A stretch of DNA of 64,000 bases from Candidatus Nomurabacteria bacterium (GTDB lineage Bacteria; Patescibacteriota; Minisyncoccia; Phycocordibacterales; UBA9973): positions 20,007 through 84,006 of the forward strand of contig PMDZ01000006.1 in the NCBI GenBank assembly GCA_003155695.1, given 5' to 3'. Position 1 is the first letter of the stretch, and every line of letters begins with the position of its first letter. Position numbers and translations under genes: made by a program. Positions 57,650 through 64,000 of the stretch are shown piece by piece. A model generated the notes under the pieces. That model ran no database searches. It was not told the DNA's origin and saw only the letters and a program-made list of their open reading frames with translations.

Positions 57650-58745
57650 AGTAGTTTTTTTTACTCATACACTAGAGGGGGGAGTCGGCAGAGTTACCAT
57701 GCAGTTGGCTGAAGGTTTTTTAAACGAGGGTGTTTCTTCGGAAGTTTGGACACAAGAGAACACAGATTTGTCTCCATCGTTTGCTTCAGTTAAAATTTTT
57801 TCTTTTAACAAAAAAAAGGCTCGCCAACTTTTTTTTCTTCTATTAAAAAAGATTAATGAAGATAAACCGAGAGTGATAATTTCATCAACATTCTATACCA
57901 ATATTATTGCTATAATATCGTCACTACTCTCTCATCGTAAAGTCAAAGTAATTGTTATCGAACATATTGCTGTTAAGTCTGAATTCAAAAACTTGGGTCT
58001 ATTAAAAAAATTAATCATGCGCGTCTTGATATTCTTTTTTTATCGTCTTGCCTATTCGGTCGTAACAGTGTCCGATGAATCCGGCGATATTCTAAGTAGA
58101 TTCTGCCTTTTACCACGAAAAAAAATTATTACTATATACAACCCTGTTATTTCTAAAGATTTATACGAAAAATCAAATACTCCAATAAACCACCCTTTTT
58201 TTAACTTAGGTCATCCAATTCTTCTTAATGTAGGAAGGCTAGATAAGCAGAAAGATATTGGCACACTCCTCGAGGCGTTTTCTATAGTAACGAAAGAAAT
58301 TGAAAGCCGCCTTATTATAATTGGAGAAGGAAATGGAAAAACACAATTAATAGAACAATGCAAAAAATTAAAAATTCTTAATCAGGTGGATTTTGCTGGG
58401 TATTTGAAAAATCCCTATCCTTTTTTCAAAAAATCTAGCGTGTTTGCCCTTTCTTCACTATATGAAGGTCTGCCAACTGTTCTTATTGAGGCCTTGGCTT
58501 TGCGACTTCCCATTGTCAGCACAAAATGTCCATCAGGTCCGGCAGAAATACTCCAGCAAGGAAAATACGGGATTCTTGTACCTATTAAAGATCCGAAATC
58601 TCTCGCACAAGGAGTTTTGAATCTTTTGAAAAATAAAAATATTATTCATGAACCACCGGAAGAATATCTAGACCCGTATACTCAAAAGTATTCTGTTCAC
58701 CGTTATCTTTCAATTATTCATAATATTAATAAAAAAAATGATTAA
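57639..58745 (+). CDS. Glycosyltransferase family 4
   Basis: VGRL..QK, SS.YEGLPTVLIEALA, CPSGPAEIL. Confidence 0.9.
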   Translation: MKSEVVFFTHTLEGGVGRVTMQLAEGFLNEGVSSEVWTQENTDLSPSFASVKIFSFNKKKARQLFFLLLKKINEDKPRVIISSTFYTNIIAIISSLLSHRKVKVIVIEHIAVKSEFKNLGLLKKLIMRVLIFFFYRLAYSVVTVSDESGDILSRFCLLPRKKIITIYNPVISKDLYEKSNTPINHPFFNLGHPILLNVGRLDKQKDIGTLLEAFSIVTKEIESRLIIIGEGNGKTQLIEQCKKLKILNQVDFAGYLKNPYPFFKKSSVFALSSLYEGLPTVLIEALALRLPIVSTKCPSGPAEILQQGKYGILVPIKDPKSLAQGVLNLLKNKNIIHEPPEEYLDPYTQKYSVHRYLSIIHNINKKND

Positions 58746-60012
58746 AACAATGTTAAATAAAATATCAAAAGAAATCGACTACTGTTTAATAGGAATTCTG
58801 TTTTTATGCATGTATTTTACCGGGCCCTTATATCAAGTAAATCTGATTGGGATAAAGATTTTACCATTTGATTTTGCCATTGTTGGAATAACAATTTTTG
58901 TAATTCTGAGAATGCTTAAAGAAAAAACTTTGAAATACAATATAATTTCATTTCCTAAGATATTACTGATTTCTTTCTGTTTATTCGCCACAATGATGTC
59001 ATTGGACATATTGAGAGTACCGGCACATTTATCAGTCTTGACCCTTCTTATTGCAACTATTCGAAATTTCGTATTCTCTTGGATAATAATTAATCTGGTT
59101 TTGCGTACTAAGATTAATCAAGAGCAAATCATGAGTTTAGTTACATGCATAACTACTGCCGTTTCATTTGTTAGTATAATTGCATATTTTATCTATTCTA
59201 TCTCGTTAGCTAAAATTCAAATGATGCCTTCTTTATGGCATCTTGGTATTTGGTATTATTTAAGCGAAGGAAAATTCTTGAGATTGTCTGGACTTGCAAG
59301 CGATCCCAATTTTTTTATCGCAGTTAGCATCGTGGGATTTATTTTTTCCCTCTTACTTTTCAATAAGAATAATTTACAGAAGATTATGTCGTTTATTATA
59401 TTCATTGCGCTTGTTCTTACTATTTCAAAAATTTTTCTAGTGTTGCTTGTTGGGTCATTCATGGGTTTGTTGGCGATTTATATAATAAAAAAACAAAAAT
59501 ATATTTTGGATATCCTACGAAACTTTTTAACGATCGTTATTATATCGTCGGTTGTTCTGCTGATTATTGGTATCATGTTCCCGAAAGTAAATGTGTATAA
59601 AATGTATACATCAAGAATATCCACTGAAGTAGCTTATACAAATAACCCAGAAGCAATTGACACTCGCTCGAGTTTGTGGAAGGTAGGATATGAAACTTAT
59701 TTGGAACACCCGGTTACTGGTTCCGGTGGCAAAGCTATACTCTTCAAAAGAGGTATGTATGTTCATAATGATTATCTGGAAATGATGAGTTCCTATGGCA
59801 TAATTGGCTTGATGATCTTACTCTTCTTCCTTTTTTCCAATCTATTTGTATCCTTTAAATATTTATACAGTAGATTGTTGCTGGCACCATTCCTCTCAAT
59901 TTTTTGTTATGTTGGTTTTATGATGGGTTTTTCAGTGTTTTTCAATCCATATTTTTTCTTTCCTCTCGGAATAATGTGGTCGCAAATTATTCTGTTAAAA
60001 AAACAAGAATAA
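58738..60012 (+). CDS. O-antigen polymerase/ligase family (Wzy-like) membrane protein
   Basis: ~11 TMs; RLSG..SDPN, R..LW, HP.TG.G, HNDYLE. Confidence 0.8.
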   Translation: MIKTMLNKISKEIDYCLIGILFLCMYFTGPLYQVNLIGIKILPFDFAIVGITIFVILRMLKEKTLKYNIISFPKILLISFCLFATMMSLDILRVPAHLSVLTLLIATIRNFVFSWIIINLVLRTKINQEQIMSLVTCITTAVSFVSIIAYFIYSISLAKIQMMPSLWHLGIWYYLSEGKFLRLSGLASDPNFFIAVSIVGFIFSLLLFNKNNLQKIMSFIIFIALVLTISKIFLVLLVGSFMGLLAIYIIKKQKYILDILRNFLTIVIISSVVLLIIGIMFPKVNVYKMYTSRISTEVAYTNNPEAIDTRSSLWKVGYETYLEHPVTGSGGKAILFKRGMYVHNDYLEMMSSYGIIGLMILLFFLFSNLFVSFKYLYSRLLLAPFLSIFCYVGFMMGFSVFFNPYFFFPLGIMWSQIILLKKQE

Positions 60013-60041
60013 TCAGTTAACTTGCCAAAATTAGATTTAAG

Positions 60042-60932
60042 ATGATGATTTCAGTAATAATAATTACATACAGAAGAAAGGAGGAAATCCTGAAATGTTT
60101 AGAATCAATCGTATCACAGGACTATAATAATTATGAAATTATTCTTATCGATAATAACAAGGAAGAACATTTTTCCGAATATATTCTAAATCATGCAAAA
60201 GATGTACCTCGATTAAAATATATCAAAAATAATTTTAATTCTTCGGTTACAGGAGGGAGAAATCTGGGTGTTTTGCATGCCTCGGGAGATATTTGTGTTT
60301 TTATCGATGATGACGCGTTTTTTGAAAAAAATAATGCATTAACCTTAACTTCCGAAAAAATGAATAGAGAAAAAGATGTGGGGGTTTTAGCTTATAAAAT
60401 AATAAATTATTCGAGTAAAAATGTTGAGCGCAAAGAATTCCCATTTAAGAACAAAAAGATCGATAAAAATACTGAAACTGAAGCCTCATACTTCTTGGGA
60501 GGAGCACATGCAATACGTAGGAATGTCTTTGGTTTAGTAGAAGGATACCCGGAAGATTTTATATATGGAATGGAAGAATTGGATATTTCATTCAGAATTT
60601 TGGATAAGGGTTTTAAAATATTGTATTTCCCTTGTGTTATCGCATGGCACAACCCGTCCATATCGGGAAGACTTGAAAAAAAATCTTACTGGAAAAACAT
60701 TTTGGAAAATAGACTAAAGGTTGGAATCCGGAATCTTCCATGGAGGTATTTTGCGATTAATTTTATCATATGGTCTCTGAAGGTGCTGAAAGAATCCAAG
60801 AACATAATGGTGCTGATTGAAACATATAGTTCTCTTCTCAGAAACAGGAAAGAGATTCAGAAGGGAAGAAAAGTCATTTCGAACAAGACAATTAAAAAAT
60901 TAAAATTAATTGATAATAGGTTATATTATTAA
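60042..60932 (+). CDS. Glycosyltransferase family 2
   Basis: ISVIIITY, EII.IDN, RN.G, FIDDD, EE.D. Confidence 0.9.
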   Translation: MMISVIIITYRRKEEILKCLESIVSQDYNNYEIILIDNNKEEHFSEYILNHAKDVPRLKYIKNNFNSSVTGGRNLGVLHASGDICVFIDDDAFFEKNNALTLTSEKMNREKDVGVLAYKIINYSSKNVERKEFPFKNKKIDKNTETEASYFLGGAHAIRRNVFGLVEGYPEDFIYGMEELDISFRILDKGFKILYFPCVIAWHNPSISGRLEKKSYWKNILENRLKVGIRNLPWRYFAINFIIWSLKVLKESKNIMVLIETYSSLLRNRKEIQKGRKVISNKTIKKLKLIDNRLYY

Positions 60933-60934
60933 AA

Positions 60935-62161
60935 ATGACAAAAAGAAAAAAAATACTGATTTCATTGTTCAGATTTCCTTATCCAGCAAGTGATGGTACT
61001 CGAAATAAAATTCTAAAAAGTGTGATTGAAGGACTTGCTACTGATTTTGATCTTGAGTTTTTTATTGTTTCAACTGAAAAAATTGAGCCCAAAAATGTTG
61101 AATATTTTAAGAACAAATACGGCAAAATCCATTTATTTAAGCATTCGAAATTCGAAATGGTATTAAGGGCATTTTGTGCTCTATTCTCAAAACTACCGAT
61201 TCAAGCGCGTGTGTACATATATGAAGATGCAAAGAAATGGCTAAGAAAAAACATCAATTCATTTGATGCATTATATGTTCACGAAATACGTCTTACCGAA
61301 TATTTAACAGATATTAACTTCGATAAAAATAAAATAGTAATCGACCTGAACGATGCAATATCTTTAAATTATAGTTCTTCTTTGGTTAATATCGGATATT
61401 TTAAAAAATTATTTTATTCTTTCGAATTTAAAAGAGTTAGAGATTATGAGGAAAAAATTGTTAATTCATTTAAACATTTTGTTACGGTGTCGGAATATGA
61501 CAGAAATTATCTGTTAAAATTTAATAAAAATAATTCACTAATACATTTTGTCTGTATTAGACTCGGTTTTGCAGTCTCTGAAAATTTTTATCGAGAAAAG
61601 GCGTCCGACCACAATATTTATTTTATCGGCAATTTGAATTATGAACCTAATCGTGATTGTATTTATTTCTTGTTACAACAAATTTTGCCGGAAGCAAAAA
61701 AAATAATTCCTGATCTTTCTTTATATATAATAGGAGGAGGTAATATTCCGAAGAAATTCTTTAGCCTTCCTGGTGTGATATTTACCGGGTTTGTTAATGA
61801 TCCTCTTCCAGTAATTGAAAAATGTAGCGCACTTATCGCACCCATCCGCTTCAACGGGGGAGTTCCTTCAAAAATTTTAGAATCCATGTCATACGGTATT
61901 CCCGTGGTGACATCCAAAGAAGCGGTTAATGGTATCGTTGATCTTAAAAATCACGAAAATATAATTTTATGCAATATTACCGATGTACATGCTTGGTGCC
62001 TGTCATTAAAAGAAATATTATTCAACTCTGAATTAAGAAACAAAATAGGGGTAAATGCTAAAGTATTCATAAATGAAAATTATTCTATATATAAAAGTCA
62101 ACAGGAATTTCGTAATTTGTTCCATGAAATTATATTGAGGAAAGAACCCTTTTCCAGCTAA
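60935..62161 (+). CDS. Glycosyltransferase family 4
   Basis: FIGNL.Y.PN, AP.R..GG.P.KILE.M..G.PVV. Confidence 0.85.
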   Translation: MTKRKKILISLFRFPYPASDGTRNKILKSVIEGLATDFDLEFFIVSTEKIEPKNVEYFKNKYGKIHLFKHSKFEMVLRAFCALFSKLPIQARVYIYEDAKKWLRKNINSFDALYVHEIRLTEYLTDINFDKNKIVIDLNDAISLNYSSSLVNIGYFKKLFYSFEFKRVRDYEEKIVNSFKHFVTVSEYDRNYLLKFNKNNSLIHFVCIRLGFAVSENFYREKASDHNIYFIGNLNYEPNRDCIYFLLQQILPEAKKIIPDLSLYIIGGGNIPKKFFSLPGVIFTGFVNDPLPVIEKCSALIAPIRFNGGVPSKILESMSYGIPVVTSKEAVNGIVDLKNHENIILCNITDVHAWCLSLKEILFNSELRNKIGVNAKVFINENYSIYKSQQEFRNLFHEIILRKEPFSS

Positions 62162-63386
62162 GTGTTACCAAAAGGCATAATGCCAATGTTGTTGTTACAG
62201 ATGAACCAATAATTCCAAACTTAGGAACAAAAATAATATTAAATACCAAATTAAAAACCAATGCGCAAATATTAGCGATGAGGAGTTTTCTTTGCTTATT
62301 TGCAGCGATTGAACCATATATAATCAAAAAATTCAGAAAAGTTGGGATAAGAGAAATAAATAATATTCGGAGAGCGTCGATGCTTCCAATATAATCTTTC
62401 CCGTATATTAAAATTATTATCGTCCTTGAAAAAAACATTCCAAGTACAGCTACAACAATTGCCAACCCAGAATAAAATTTAGCATATTTTTTTAATAGAT
62501 TCTTGAATTTTTGTATATCTTCTTTTGCGCTCCTGACTAAAGTTGGTAACAATGATATTGAAAGAAATGCGGGTATAACATATAAAAACAATATGATTCT
62601 TTGTGCTGAAGAATACAGACCGACTTGTTGCACTCCTTTAAAATATCCTAAAATAAGAGTATCAACATTGAAAGCTGTAGTATTTACTGCAAAATTAATG
62701 GTGATCGGCAAAGCAGCTACGAAAATTATTAAAGCGAGTTTTTTGGAAAAATTGAAAAATATTTCTCTTCGATACTCGGCAAGCGAAAATATTGAAAATA
62801 ATAATCCTATGAAAGCCCCTATACTGTATCCCACTGCAAGAAAAAAAACATTTTTATATAAAAAAAGAAATAAAATACCCAGGATCCCGACGGAGGCATA
62901 CGCAATTATTTTCAATACTGCCTCACGCTCCATTTTTTCCAATGAGCGGTGAAAAGACATGAAAAATTCTCTCAAGGAATCAAAGACGAGAAAAAGCAGT
63001 ACGAAGAAAACCAACCACCCATCAACTTTTATCTTTCCTAGGTGAATAAGGACAAAAGTTAACAATGAAGCGAAAATAAGAAGTGAGAATTTAAGATAAA
63101 ATGCCGTCGAAAAATATGAGGTTTTATAATCATTATCAGTTGAAAGTTCTTTTGTTGCCAAGGTGTTTAACCCGACGTCGGTAAATGAAATAAACAATGA
63201 GGCAAAAGCAAGAATATACGAAAATAGTCCCCAACCCGTGAGCCCAAGGGTTCTTGCGGCGTAAATAACCAGAATCATTTTAAACAATCTTCCTATTACT
63301 TCTCCGAAAAATAGCCATACAGTATTTTTAATAACAGTTTGTTTGGTATTAGTATTTACAAAAAAGAAATTCTTAATTTGCTCCAT
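62130..63386 (-). CDS. wzx: Polysaccharide flippase (Wzx/RfbX family)
   Basis: 12-TM pattern; KNT.WL, AR.LG...G, D.G, VGLYS.A.R, N...VP.FGIIG. Confidence 0.85.
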   Translation of the reverse strand: MEQIKNFFFVNTNTKQTVIKNTVWLFFGEVIGRLFKMILVIYAARTLGLTGWGLFSYILAFASLFISFTDVGLNTLATKELSTDNDYKTSYFSTAFYLKFSLLIFASLLTFVLIHLGKIKVDGWLVFFVLLFLVFDSLREFFMSFHRSLEKMEREAVLKIIAYASVGILGILFLFLYKNVFFLAVGYSIGAFIGLLFSIFSLAEYRREIFFNFSKKLALIIFVAALPITINFAVNTTAFNVDTLILGYFKGVQQVGLYSSAQRIILFLYVIPAFLSISLLPTLVRSAKEDIQKFKNLLKKYAKFYSGLAIVVAVLGMFFSRTIIILIYGKDYIGSIDALRILFISLIPTFLNFLIIYGSIAANKQRKLLIANICALVFNLVFNIIFVPKFGIIGSSVTTTLALCLLVTLSWKRVLSSI

Positions 63387-63828
63387 TTTTATTTTTCAAA
63401 ATTTTAGATTCTTCCTCAAGGATCCTTTTTCTTAGATTACTTGTTGAATAATTATGGTTGCGACTGTTATAAATGACTTTCATATCAGGGAGCATGTCTC
63501 TTGAGTAATTTGGTTTATTCCGCCAATCTTCTCCCATAAAGCGTACATCCGGATTAATTTTTTTCAATAATGTAAGCAGTCCTTTTTCGGTATTGTAAAT
63601 TTCTATTTTATCAATATGTCGGCAGGCCTTTAATTGGATAAACCTTTCCTCCATGGATTGAATTGGTTTATGTTTATCCTTCCTATCTATTGAAGGGTCA
63701 ATTTGTAATCCAACAACTAGATAGTCACATTGCTTTCTCGCTTCTTCGAACATCAAATAATGACCGGCATGGGTCAAGTCAAAAGCCCCGCAAGTGAAAC
63801 CAATAATTTTTTTACCTTTCTTTTTCAT
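63373..63828 (-). CDS. Cytidylyltransferase (glycerol-3-phosphate CTase, TagD-like)
   Basis: GAFDL.HAGH, LVVGL..D, G.DW, R...STS. Confidence 0.85.
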   Translation of the reverse strand: MKKKGKKIIGFTCGAFDLTHAGHYLMFEEARKQCDYLVVGLQIDPSIDRKDKHKPIQSMEERFIQLKACRHIDKIEIYNTEKGLLTLLKKINPDVRFMGEDWRNKPNYSRDMLPDMKVIYNSRNHNYSTSNLRKRILEEESKILKNKNGAN

Positions 63829-63967
63829 ATAGGCCTATTTTAACATAAAAGGGAAGGGAAAATAACTAACCCCACAGGTCTTCCTATGGGGTATCTAGAT
63901 TGCTTGCTTTTTAATACTAGTTATAGTATGATAATATCATATTATTATTTAATACAATTATAAGATT

Positions 63968-64000
63968 ATGAGTACAATATCTGTTCCGATTTCTTCTAAA
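63968..64000 (+). CDS. Possible start of a small ribbon-helix-helix-like protein (3' truncated)
   Basis: MSTISVPISSK runs to the window edge; only 11 codons visible. Confidence 0.3.
   Translation, partial: MSTISVPISSK

Noticed and set aside
1-64000. Alternative genetic code (UGA=Gly) as in Gracilibacteria/Absconditabacteria
   Set aside because: Full-length conserved genes translate uninterrupted in code 11, and TGA ends genes at the expected positions, for example recJ at 18774 and paralog 1 at 3043.

Overview
AT-rich bacterial chromosomal segment in standard code 11, since TGA is used as a stop. Gene content and style point to a Patescibacteria/CPR genome of the Parcubacteria (OD1) type; this is inference. 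Supporting signs are secE-nusG-rplK without rplA, a split comEC, a type IV pilus locus, giant surface proteins and many apparently leaderless genes. Left to right: a Trx/DsbB pair; three dispersed paralogs of a ~570-586 aa Cys-rich protein; pilB-pilC with three pilin-like genes; tpiA-pgk; HIT/recJ-rnhA-comEC; sod; rpmB; a site-2 protease; a 1440 aa tail-fibre-like S74 protein and a VWA/Cys-repeat protein; rpsL-rpsG-fusA; FKBP and a MacAB-type ABC exporter; secE-nusG-rplK; efp, recA and ftsK; an S-layer-like gene; and a glycan biosynthesis cluster. I saw no rRNA, tRNA, CRISPR array, transposase or reverse transcriptase. The most striking signals are non-coding. (1) A ~470-nt, highly base-paired, G-U-rich RNA-like region upstream of the S-layer gene displays UUGAUAGAG at five hairpin tips. 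(2) Six dispersed copies of a ~95-bp three-way-junction element show compensatory base changes and an invariant CGTC loop. (3) 21-bp palindromes are inserted in-frame inside protein-coding genes.
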